A stretch of 25,186 nt of DNA from a virus (taxonomy: Duplodnaviria > Caudoviricetes): IMG/VR virus record IMGVR_UViG_3300017755_003500, positions 1-25,186 of that record. One strand, written 5' to 3'. Positions 17,201-25,071 of this stretch are shown one piece after another (position 1 is the first letter of the stretch; every line of letters begins with the position of its first letter). A program made the position numbers and the translations under genes. The notes below the pieces were generated by a model that did no database searches, had not been told where the DNA came from, and saw only the letters and a list, made by a program, of their open reading frames with translations.

Positions 17201-19315
17201 ATGGGATTATTTGATAGATTTAAAAAAGAACAGCCAAAGTTACAAAGAAAAGAAGCTCCACAAGTAATTATAAATAAAATAAATGCGTATGAGGGTAAGA
17301 CAAACAAAAAGTATAAAGAGTTTGCTAAAGAGGGTTATCAAGAAAATTCCATAACATACCGTTGCATTAACTTAATTGCTGTTAATGTTAGTGCCACTAA
17401 AATAAAAGTATTTAGCGGTGATAAAGAGTTAGACAACCATGAGCTCATATCATTATTAAATAGACCTAACCCTTTACAATCAGGCGTTGAGTATTTTCAT
17501 TCGTTAGTTAGTTACCTTTTAATATCAGGAAATACTTATATGTTAAAAGATAAAGAATTTGGTATACCAAAGGAATTATATTTATTACGACCAGACAGAA
17601 TGGTTATTGAGTCAACCTCGTCAATGATACCAACGTCTTATAGATATAAAGTTGATGGCAAGACCATTAGTGAATATCCTGTTGATAAGTTAAATGGTAT
17701 GTCGCAAATAAAGCATGTAAAACTCTGGAATCCGTTAGATGATTTTTATGGTTTTTCACCAATAGTAGCTGGTGCTTATAACATTGACCAACATAATTTA
17801 GCTGGCTTGCATAACGTTGGGTTACTAAAAAACGGCTGTACACCGTCAGCAATGCTAAAATTTCAACCGAAAGACGAAACAGGTATGACTGCTACACTTA
17901 CTGACGACCAACGTGCAAGTATACTAAATGACTTGGAGCAACGCTTTAAAGGTGCAAATAATTCTGGACGTCCTATGTTACTAGAGGGCGACTTTGACTA
18001 TGTTCAAATGGGCATATCGCCTAAGGATATGGATTTTTTGGAATTAATGAATATGAGTGCTAGAGAGATCGCATTGTGTTTTGGTGTACCAGCTCAATTA
18101 GTTGGTATTGCTGACCAAACGTATGCCAATGTCGCAGAGGCACGTTTATCATTGTATGAGGAAACTATTATTCCATTATTGGACAGACTGCAATCTGATT
18201 TAAATGAATGGCTATCACCTTTATATAGTGGTGATATAAAAATTGCATTTGATATTGATTCAATACCAGCTATGGCAGAAAAGAGAAAACAAATATTTGC
18301 TAACGTTACGCAAGGAGTTCAACAAGGTATATTGACAAGAAATGAGGCAAGAGAAAGACTTGGTTTAGAGCCAATACAAGGTGCTGACGCTTTATTAGTA
18401 CCATCAAATTTATTTCCACTTGGTGAAATTGATACTGCTCCAATGGACGAAGAAGATAATGACAAGCCAGTAGACTCACAAGGTAACGAAAAATATAATG
18501 ATACTTATGGATTAGCGTATGGTGCGAAAGCTATGCTAGAGGAAGATGTATTTGATAATCCAGGTGAGGCAGTTGAACGAGCAAAGGTTATTGGTTGTAC
18601 TGGTGTTCACACAATGGAAAAAGATGGTCAAACAGTTTTTATGCCTTGTGATACACATGCTGAATATGACGAGGCTATTTTATCTAGTAAAGCAGTAAGT
18701 GATATGAAGTTTGTTGCGACTGCTGGTATGAAAGCAGAGGCAAGAAAAGGATTAAACTGGAGAAAAGAATATAATCGTGGTGGTACTAACATAGGTGCAA
18801 CAAGAGCAACGCAAATTGTAAACGGTGATAATATGTCAGCAAGTACTGTACTTCGCATGTACTCTTTTTTTGCAAGACACGAGTCAGACAAAACAGGACA
18901 AGGTTTTAAACCAAGTGAAAAAGGATATCCAAGTGCTGAACGTATAGCATGGGCGTTATGGGGTGGAGACGCTGGATTCAGTTGGAGTAAAACACAACGA
19001 AATAAAATAATGACAGCTAGAGGTGAGAAAGCAGAGGCTAGTGATTTAAAAGTAGGAGACATGGTGTCTTGGGATAATTCAGGTGGACGTGCTAGTGGAA
19101 AAATTACAAGGATTGTTAGGTCGGGTAAATTAGCTGTACCTAAAACAGAATTCACGTTAAATGCTACTGAAGATAACCCAGCTAGTTTGATTCGCTTATA
19201 TAGAAACAACGAGCCAACGGATACTATAGTAGGGCATAGATTCGCAAGTTTACGCAAAATAGGTGCAAAACAAGCCCCTAGTCTCGCAAATAAGGCGGTT
19301 AATAATAACGTGTAA
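17201..19315 (+). CDS. HK97-family portal protein with a C-terminal extension of roughly 290 aa
   Basis: LLNRPNP, LLRPDRM, YGFSP, FGVPAQLVG, TYANV, ILTRNEARERLGL; the ORF continues well past the portal fold. Confidence 0.93.
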   Translation: MGLFDRFKKEQPKLQRKEAPQVIINKINAYEGKTNKKYKEFAKEGYQENSITYRCINLIAVNVSATKIKVFSGDKELDNHELISLLNRPNPLQSGVEYFHSLVSYLLISGNTYMLKDKEFGIPKELYLLRPDRMVIESTSSMIPTSYRYKVDGKTISEYPVDKLNGMSQIKHVKLWNPLDDFYGFSPIVAGAYNIDQHNLAGLHNVGLLKNGCTPSAMLKFQPKDETGMTATLTDDQRASILNDLEQRFKGANNSGRPMLLEGDFDYVQMGISPKDMDFLELMNMSAREIALCFGVPAQLVGIADQTYANVAEARLSLYEETIIPLLDRLQSDLNEWLSPLYSGDIKIAFDIDSIPAMAEKRKQIFANVTQGVQQGILTRNEARERLGLEPIQGADALLVPSNLFPLGEIDTAPMDEEDNDKPVDSQGNEKYNDTYGLAYGAKAMLEEDVFDNPGEAVERAKVIGCTGVHTMEKDGQTVFMPCDTHAEYDEAILSSKAVSDMKFVATAGMKAEARKGLNWRKEYNRGGTNIGATRATQIVNGDNMSASTVLRMYSFFARHESDKTGQGFKPSEKGYPSAERIAWALWGGDAGFSWSKTQRNKIMTARGEKAEASDLKVGDMVSWDNSGGRASGKITRIVRSGKLAVPKTEFTLNATEDNPASLIRLYRNNEPTDTIVGHRFASLRKIGAKQAPSLANKAVNNNV

Positions 19316-19344
19316 TGGTAATGTAACTCGGAATATAGCAAATT

Positions 19345-19746
19345 ATGTTTAAATTAGGTAAAGGGTCAAAAGAAAAATTAAGTACAGTCCACCCTGATTT
19401 GCAACTAATATTTAACGAGGCAATAAAAATAACTCATATTGACTTTGGTGTAACTGAGGGCATTAGAAGTAAAGAGCGTGGCAGACAATTACAAGCTGAG
19501 GGAAAAAGTAAAGTTGGCGACAAGTCAAAACATTGTAAAGGACTTGCTGTTGATATTGCTTGTTATGATATGGGTAAAATAACTTGGGAATTAGAATATT
19601 ACGAGGCTGTAGCACAAGTGGTTGGAGAGGTTGCAGATATGTTGGATATAAAAATAAGATGGGGCGGTAGTTGGGAGACTGGAAATTTTACGTTAAATCG
19701 TGATATGAGTTTTATTGACGCTGTACACTTTGAAATAATTGTTTAA
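19345..19746 (+). CDS. Endolysin, peptidase M15 (L-Ala-D-Glu peptidase, T5-like)
   Basis: VHPDL, VTEGIRS, SKHCKGLAVD (SxHxxGxAxD), IRWGG, DAVHFE. Confidence 0.9.
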   Translation: MFKLGKGSKEKLSTVHPDLQLIFNEAIKITHIDFGVTEGIRSKERGRQLQAEGKSKVGDKSKHCKGLAVDIACYDMGKITWELEYYEAVAQVVGEVADMLDIKIRWGGSWETGNFTLNRDMSFIDAVHFEIIV

Positions 19747-19770
19747 ATTAATTATCTTGGATATGTTTAT

Positions 19771-20574
19771 ATGGCTGACAAGATTCGAATAAGCAAAAGA
19801 AAAGATTATAATGAGCAGTTACGTTTATACAATAGTCTATCAAAAAACCTTAATGCAAAATTAAAAAGACTGTTTGCTAAAACAGCACGACAAGCAGAGC
19901 AAGAATATATTGCTAACCAAGACATGTATTATTTTTTTACAGAGCCATTTACTGATGGGCTGTATAAAATATTGGAAAGTCATTATCGGTTAGTTATAAA
20001 CACAATGGCAACTCGCATGGTTAAAATGAGGCGTAAACAAGATGAAGAATATGACGCACTTGTTAAAACTTATGTTGCTGATGTGTTAGCTGGTCAAGTT
20101 ACAAATATATCTGTTACCACAGAGGCACAAATTAAAACAATCATAACTCAAGCCATTGCTGGAAAAATTATTATTGACAAAATACCACAAACATCAATTT
20201 TTCAAATAGGTCGGTTGATACGTAAAAACAAATCGTTCGCACCATACAGAGCAAGAATGATTGCTCGTACCGAAACGCACTCAACAATGAATTTTACTAA
20301 CTTTGCAATATCAGGACAGCTAGGTTTAAACAATCCTGTTAAACAATGGAACACAGCAAGTGATGAACGTGTACGTGATTGGCATAAGGTTATGGATAAT
20401 AAAAAGGTTGGGCGTGATGAATATTTTAAAGTTCTAACACCTGTTGCTGGTGGTACGTTTACAGAAAAACGCATGTTGTATACTGGTGATATGCTTAATG
20501 GTGGACCGTTAAATGTCATAAATTGTCGGTGTTTTACACTATATTACGATTCAGAAGACGAAATTATCCTATAA
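19771..20574 (+). CDS. Minor head / head morphogenesis protein (Mu gpF, SPP1 gp7-like)
   Basis: RARMIARTETH, KQW...DERVRDWH, INCRC. Confidence 0.9.
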   Translation: MADKIRISKRKDYNEQLRLYNSLSKNLNAKLKRLFAKTARQAEQEYIANQDMYYFFTEPFTDGLYKILESHYRLVINTMATRMVKMRRKQDEEYDALVKTYVADVLAGQVTNISVTTEAQIKTIITQAIAGKIIIDKIPQTSIFQIGRLIRKNKSFAPYRARMIARTETHSTMNFTNFAISGQLGLNNPVKQWNTASDERVRDWHKVMDNKKVGRDEYFKVLTPVAGGTFTEKRMLYTGDMLNGGPLNVINCRCFTLYYDSEDEIIL

Positions 20575-20604
20575 CTCTATACAACTCAATAACTTATACC
20601 GTAA

Positions 20605-20645
20605 AAAAAACTGTACTTATATTACTTATATGTAATAATTACATA
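20605..20645 (+). promoter_or_regulatory. Putative promoter of the accessory island
   Basis: A-tract then TGTACTTATATTACTT...TAATAAT, resembling the 9889 element. Confidence 0.4.
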
Positions 20646-20677
20646 GTTACATTCGATTAATAACTAGGAGTTTGAAA

Positions 20678-21091
20678 ATGAGTAAAACACAAATGACACA
20701 ACAGCACGTTCGAGTAATAGCTTTAGAATCTTTTTTTAAAGTAAAGAAATTAAAAAATAAGATGTCTAAATTAGAGATGGATTTTTTGTATTCGTCTATA
20801 ACATTAATGAACATGGAAGTAGCTTTGCGTACTGATACATATGCTAATGGTACTGAATACAATATTCGCAAAAGTGAGGTTGAGGAATTAAGGTTAGACA
20901 ACAAAAGACTGAGAGTAAAAATTCATCATGTACAACAAGATATGGCAAATGAAAATGATTTATTAATGAGAGCGTGTATTGAGAACGAAGATTTTGTTAA
21001 AACGTTTCTTGATGAAGATGAGGACGCTGTAAATAAATATCCAGAGTTTAAATTATTACATGACGCTGTAACTTTGGTTGAGGCTTGCTAA
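20678..21091 (+). CDS. Hypothetical coiled-coil protein
   Basis: ACTAGGAG RBS before ATG 20678. Confidence 0.7.
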   Translation: MSKTQMTQQHVRVIALESFFKVKKLKNKMSKLEMDFLYSSITLMNMEVALRTDTYANGTEYNIRKSEVEELRLDNKRLRVKIHHVQQDMANENDLLMRACIENEDFVKTFLDEDEDAVNKYPEFKLLHDAVTLVEAC

Positions 21092-21098
21092 ATTAACA

Positions 21099-21116
21099 GG
21101 GAGCAGAAATGCTCCC
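21099..21116. other. Intergenic hairpin GGGAGC-N6-GCTCCC
   Basis: Perfect 6-bp inverted repeat; a near copy lies at 21827-21844. Confidence 0.6.
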
Positions 21117-21135
21117 ACTTACTAGGAGATATATT

Positions 21136-21519
21136 ATGTACGAGATTTATAAATATCATATACGTAGCGACAAAACTTTTAAATTCGAATGCGAGTATGA
21201 CGATTACATTATAAACACTATTAACGAGAATAAACTGAAGTACGCAAATGAGCTTAGTGATGTTTTAAGTAGTGGTGGCAGTGAAGATGATGTTTGGTGT
21301 CCACCAAATGATTGGTATCCGATAAACGGCTTGTTTGTTTATAAAGTAGATACGTATTTAAAAGATGGTGCTAATGAAACACATTGCGGACATGAGTTTG
21401 TTGTTGTTGAGGGTTGTGACTTACCAAATGACGCATTAACTTGGATTGACGATAAGCCAGTAGGACGCAAAATGTTTACGTTAGAGCATTTAATTGGTTG
21501 TACTGCAAATTATTATTAA
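21136..21519 (+). CDS. Hypothetical protein
   Basis: ACTAGGAG RBS before ATG 21136. Confidence 0.7.
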   Translation: MYEIYKYHIRSDKTFKFECEYDDYIINTINENKLKYANELSDVLSSGGSEDDVWCPPNDWYPINGLFVYKVDTYLKDGANETHCGHEFVVVEGCDLPNDALTWIDDKPVGRKMFTLEHLIGCTANYY

Positions 21520-21544
21520 TAAAAACTTAAACAGGAGAAATAAA

Positions 21545-21820
21545 ATGAGAGCATATACAAAAAAATTTATAGAATCACAAACTGACGAATGGTTACGAGA
21601 CTTTTCCGATAAATACGAGGACGCAAGTGCGACAAAAAGATTAGCACTCTATGACCATTATAAGTTAGTAGAAAAAGAGCTAACTGACCGTTATGAGCAG
21701 GAGTGTAAGGAGTTGTATGAGGCTGAAACACGTATGGAGTTAGGCTCTACTGCATGTAATTATTTAGATGGTGTTTATGATTATGATGACGTTGGAGACC
21801 CTAGCGATAATTGGGAGTAG
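21545..21820 (+). CDS. Hypothetical acidic protein
   Basis: AGGAG RBS before ATG 21545. Confidence 0.7.
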   Translation: MRAYTKKFIESQTDEWLRDFSDKYEDASATKRLALYDHYKLVEKELTDRYEQECKELYEAETRMELGSTACNYLDGVYDYDDVGDPSDNWE

Positions 21821-21826
21821 CAGTAC

Positions 21827-21844
21827 AGGAGCAAGGACGCTCCT
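21827..21844. other. Intergenic hairpin AGGAGC-N6-GCTCCT
   Basis: Perfect 6-bp inverted repeat directly 5' of the hammerhead candidate. Confidence 0.6.
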
Positions 21845-21894
21845 CTGTTTTAGAGTGTGTACTCTAACTGATGATTTCAAAAGAATGAAACAGA
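21844..21894 (+). ncRNA. Candidate type III hammerhead ribozyme
   Basis: TCTGT-T / stem I TTAGAGT-gtgt-ACTCTAA / CTGATGA / short stem II tTTC-aaaa-GAAt / GAAA-CAGA: all core elements in the right order, in an intergenic gap. Confidence 0.65.
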
Positions 21895-21912
21895 ATTAAC
21901 TAGGAAAATATT

Positions 21913-22077
21913 ATGAAAAAACAATATAACAAGAGTGGTCAAGAAATAAGGGTTGGGCGTGAGAATCCTGATGAATATATGTCTTTATTGGAGATATTAG
22001 GTGGTTTTATAGTACTTGGGCTTGGTTTGGTGTGTACATACCTAATTCTACTTTTAGGCAGTATATACAGCGTTTAA
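21913..22077 (+). CDS. Small membrane protein, 54 aa
   Basis: ACTAGGA RBS; MKKQYNKSGQEIRVGRENPDEYMSLLEILGGFIVLGLGLVCTYLILLLGSIYSV*. Absent from the ORF track. Confidence 0.6.
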   Translation: MKKQYNKSGQEIRVGRENPDEYMSLLEILGGFIVLGLGLVCTYLILLLGSIYSV

Positions 22078-22128
22078 GGCGTACTATTAACTCGTAATAT
22101 CAATATTTATTAAACAATGGAGCAAATT

Positions 22129-22365
22129 ATGACAAATCTAGTAAGAAACCCAATAATAAACAAGTACGGTTGTACTAATACAGTTGGTCAATATATTCAT
22201 GGTACATATGATACCAAAGTTATTGACGTGAAATGTGGCACAACTGATTTAGACGGAAGTACTTTAACATGTGATTCGTGTTGGAAAGAGTGGCACGATA
22301 AACACCCAAACGGTCTTACATCATTTTATGGTGGAGATGATGATTATGATGACGGCATACTATAG
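22129..22365 (+). CDS. Hypothetical Cys-containing protein, possibly metal-binding
   Basis: GGAG RBS before ATG 22129; four Cys including CDSC. Confidence 0.6.
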   Translation: MTNLVRNPIINKYGCTNTVGQYIHGTYDTKVIDVKCGTTDLDGSTLTCDSCWKEWHDKHPNGLTSFYGGDDDYDDGIL

Positions 22366-22374
22366 GAGCTAAAT

Positions 22375-22692
22375 ATGAAACTACTAACAAAAGAAATAGA
22401 AAAAAAACTATTAGCAAACAACGGTAAAAGCTGTGCAGGCTCAGGACGCAGTATGGAGAACAATAAGGTAGTTGTTAAATTCTTTAACCCATCAGGACAG
22501 GCAACTTGGTGGCTTTACTCTATGGACGATAATGGTATTTGTTTTGGTCTCGCCCAGATGTTTGGTAGAGATACTAGAGAATACGGATATTTTGATATTA
22601 ATGAAATTAAATCTATTAAATGTCCACCGTTTGGATTACCGATAGAAAGAGATATGTATTACACACCTGAAACCTTTGGAGAACTATTATGA
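22375..22692 (+). CDS. DUF2958-like protein
   Basis: MKLLTKEI...VVVKFFNPSGQATWW...FGL...EYGYF...GLPIERDMYY matches the DUF2958 pattern. Confidence 0.8.
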   Translation: MKLLTKEIEKKLLANNGKSCAGSGRSMENNKVVVKFFNPSGQATWWLYSMDDNGICFGLAQMFGRDTREYGYFDINEIKSIKCPPFGLPIERDMYYTPETFGELL

Positions 22693-22850
22693 CATTCGAT
22701 ATTAAAAAGTTTGCTAGTCAAATGGCACAATTAAATGGCGTTGAAGTATATACGTATAATGACGATAATGATTTTGTAAAAGTTGAAGTCGTTAATGAAG
22801 ATGATAAAAAAGAGGAGGCTGAAAATGAAGAAAAAAATAAACAAGAGTGA
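22689..22850 (+). CDS. Hypothetical acidic protein, 53 aa
   Basis: ATGA overlap with the previous gene, GGAG RBS; MTFDIKKFASQMAQLNGVEV...NKQE*. Absent from the ORF track. Confidence 0.55.
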   Translation: MTFDIKKFASQMAQLNGVEVYTYNDDNDFVKVEVVNEDDKKEEAENEEKNKQE

Positions 22851-23031
22851 GGCTGTCTTTAAACACTTGGTATCACATGGCTTTATAACTACATGGGACG
22901 CTATTACTAAATACAAAGCTACAAGGCTTAGTAGCATTATCTATAACTTGCGTAACAAAGGTTATGATATTGAAAGTGTTTGGGTAGAGGATAAGCCTAG
23001 CAGATTTGTTATGTACACGTTAAAAGAATAA
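22825..23031 (+). CDS. Small winged-helix DNA-binding protein
   Basis: GGAGG RBS; VFKHLVSHGFITTWDAI...TRLSSIIYNLRNKGYDIES. Confidence 0.75.
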   Translation: MKKKINKSEAVFKHLVSHGFITTWDAITKYKATRLSSIIYNLRNKGYDIESVWVEDKPSRFVMYTLKE

Positions 23032-23062
23032 GATATAATAAAATTTACTTGCTTGATTTTTT

Positions 23063-23088
23063 AGAGGGTTAACAGCCCTCTTTTTTTT
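23063..23088 (+). terminator. Intrinsic terminator closing the accessory island
   Basis: GAGGG(TT)-aac-(AG)CCCTC hairpin followed by T8. Confidence 0.8.
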
Positions 23089-23090
23089 GC

Positions 23091-23120
23091 TTGTAATAAA
23101 GCCTATTCTATTGCTAGAAT
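23091..23120 (+). promoter_or_regulatory. Putative promoter for protease and capsid genes
   Basis: TTGTAA-18 nt-TAGAAT with an extended TGn -10, right after the terminator. Confidence 0.4.
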
Positions 23121-23152
23121 GATATAACTTTACTTGACAGGGAAATCATAAT

Positions 23153-23824
23153 ATGTCTCAAGAAATTTTAGAAGTTGTAAATGATGTTTTTGATATTGAA
23201 TGTGAATATAAAGATTTAGACGCAGATGATGATGGTAGCTTTGAGGGTTATGGGTCTGTATTCAATAACAAAGATTTAGGCAATGACGTTATCAAGTCAG
23301 GAGCATTCGCTGATTCAATAAAATACAAAAAGCCACGACAAATTAAATTACTTTACCAGCATAAGACGGACGAGCCTATTGGAGTTATTGATAGCCTAGT
23401 TGAAGATAGCAAAGGGTTAAAAATTAAAGGTCGGTTGGCTATGGGTACGCAGAAAGGTAAAGAGGTGTATGAGTTAATGAAAATGGGTGCGTTAGATTCT
23501 ATGTCAATAGGCTATAGGCTTAGCCCAGATGATTACAAATACAGCGACAAGCTGAAGAAACGAACAATTACGAATTTGGATTTGATGGAAATATCAATGG
23601 TGACGTTTCCTATGAATCCCAAGGCTAAAGTAACGAAAGTTAAATTAGCACATATGGACACAAGAGAGTTAGAGGAATACTTACGAGATGTTGGTGTTAT
23701 GTCAAGCTCTGTTGCTAAGCAAACTGCAAATATACTATATAAATCTTACCAAGAACAAGATTTATTAGAACAGCGAGATGTTGTTGATAGTATTAGTGCA
23801 TTAATTAATACGATTAAACATTAA
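23153..23824 (+). CDS. HK97-family prohead protease
   Basis: FEGYGSVF, LLYQH...PIG, SMSIGY, LMEISMVTFPMNP. Confidence 0.95.
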   Translation: MSQEILEVVNDVFDIECEYKDLDADDDGSFEGYGSVFNNKDLGNDVIKSGAFADSIKYKKPRQIKLLYQHKTDEPIGVIDSLVEDSKGLKIKGRLAMGTQKGKEVYELMKMGALDSMSIGYRLSPDDYKYSDKLKKRTITNLDLMEISMVTFPMNPKAKVTKVKLAHMDTRELEEYLRDVGVMSSSVAKQTANILYKSYQEQDLLEQRDVVDSISALINTIKH

Positions 23825-23835
23825 CGGAGATTATA

Positions 23836-25056
23836 ATGAGTGAAGAAATCAAATCTGTTATAGACAACTTGGGTAAATCTTTTGAAGATTTCAAAGGTGA
23901 AAACTCAAAACGTCTTGACGAAGTTGAAAAGAAAGGCTCTGCTAGTGCTGAACTTGAAAGCAAAATTGATGCTATGGCTGACGACATCACAAAGATGGCT
24001 GAGACAAAGCAAAAAATTGAGTTGCAAGCAAAGGCGTTAGAGGACGCAGAAGTTAAACTAGATAAAATAGAAACAATGTTAGCAAGACCTGAGACAGGGC
24101 TAGATTCAAAAGAAGTTGACACACAAATGAAAGCCTTTGGTCAAATGCTAAGAAAAGGTAAGGACAATATAGACCCAATGGAATTAAAAGCTCTTTACGA
24201 GTCTGATGATACATTAGGTGGATATTATGCTCCTGTTGAGTATGTTGCTGACCTTATAAAATCAGTAACTGAAATATCGCCTTTACGTTCAGTAGCAAGA
24301 ATCAGAACTACATCAAACCGAGCAATAGAACTTCCTAAAAGAACAGGACAATTCGCTGCCTCGTTTGTAAATGAAACTGCTACACGTACAGAGACAACAG
24401 GTTATCAAACAGGCTTAATGCAAATAGACGCACACGAGTTGTACGCTATGGTTGATATTAGTCAGGCGTTGTTAGAGGATTCAGCTTTTAATTTAGAGTC
24501 TGAAATGTCTACAGAGTTTGGTGAGCAGTTTGCAAAGGCTGAAGGTACTAAATTTATAAATGGTACAGGTGTTGGTACTCCACAAGGAATAACTGATACT
24601 GGTGCTGGTGTTGCTACTGTTAATTCAGGAAGTGGTACAGTACTAACCACAAACGGACTTTTAGACTTAATGTACTCTATTAAATCTGACTATATGAACA
24701 ACGCAAGATTTCTTATGAACAGAAGTACCTTTGCGTCAATCTTAAAGTTGGAGGATACAGAGGGGCAAAAAATATTTGTTCAAGGTATGTCTTATGTTGG
24801 TGGTGCTCCAAGTACAATTTTAGGTAAACCATATTTGTTAGCAGAGGATATGCCTAATGTTGGAAGTTCAGCAAAACCAATAGCATATGGTGATTTCTCA
24901 AGAGCTTATACTATTGTTGATAGAGTTGCTTTATCAATAATGAGAGACCCATATACAGTTGCTACTGCTGGTAGCATACGTTATCACGCCAGACGTAGAG
25001 TTGGTGGAGCAGTTGTTCTTGCAGAGGCTATAGCACTGCAAAACATATCAGCATAA
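23836..25056 (+). CDS. HK97-fold major capsid protein with N-terminal delta domain
   Basis: Coiled-coil N-terminus, GGYYAP, ISQALLEDSAFNLE, FINGTG...PQGI, IAYGDF, RDPYT, RRVGGAV. Confidence 0.96.
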   Translation: MSEEIKSVIDNLGKSFEDFKGENSKRLDEVEKKGSASAELESKIDAMADDITKMAETKQKIELQAKALEDAEVKLDKIETMLARPETGLDSKEVDTQMKAFGQMLRKGKDNIDPMELKALYESDDTLGGYYAPVEYVADLIKSVTEISPLRSVARIRTTSNRAIELPKRTGQFAASFVNETATRTETTGYQTGLMQIDAHELYAMVDISQALLEDSAFNLESEMSTEFGEQFAKAEGTKFINGTGVGTPQGITDTGAGVATVNSGSGTVLTTNGLLDLMYSIKSDYMNNARFLMNRSTFASILKLEDTEGQKIFVQGMSYVGGAPSTILGKPYLLAEDMPNVGSSAKPIAYGDFSRAYTIVDRVALSIMRDPYTVATAGSIRYHARRRVGGAVVLAEAIALQNISA

Positions 25057-25071
25057 TATAGGAGATTAATT

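Noticed and set aside
18628-19341. 237-aa minus-strand ORF opposite the portal extension
   Set aside because: Antisense shadow of a coding region; no RBS or recognisable motif.
9980-24650. Remaining short minus-strand ORFs within the rightward operons (e.g. 10293-10565, 12348-12695, 20202-20519, 23814-24122)
   Set aside because: Antisense to confidently identified genes, with no independent signals.
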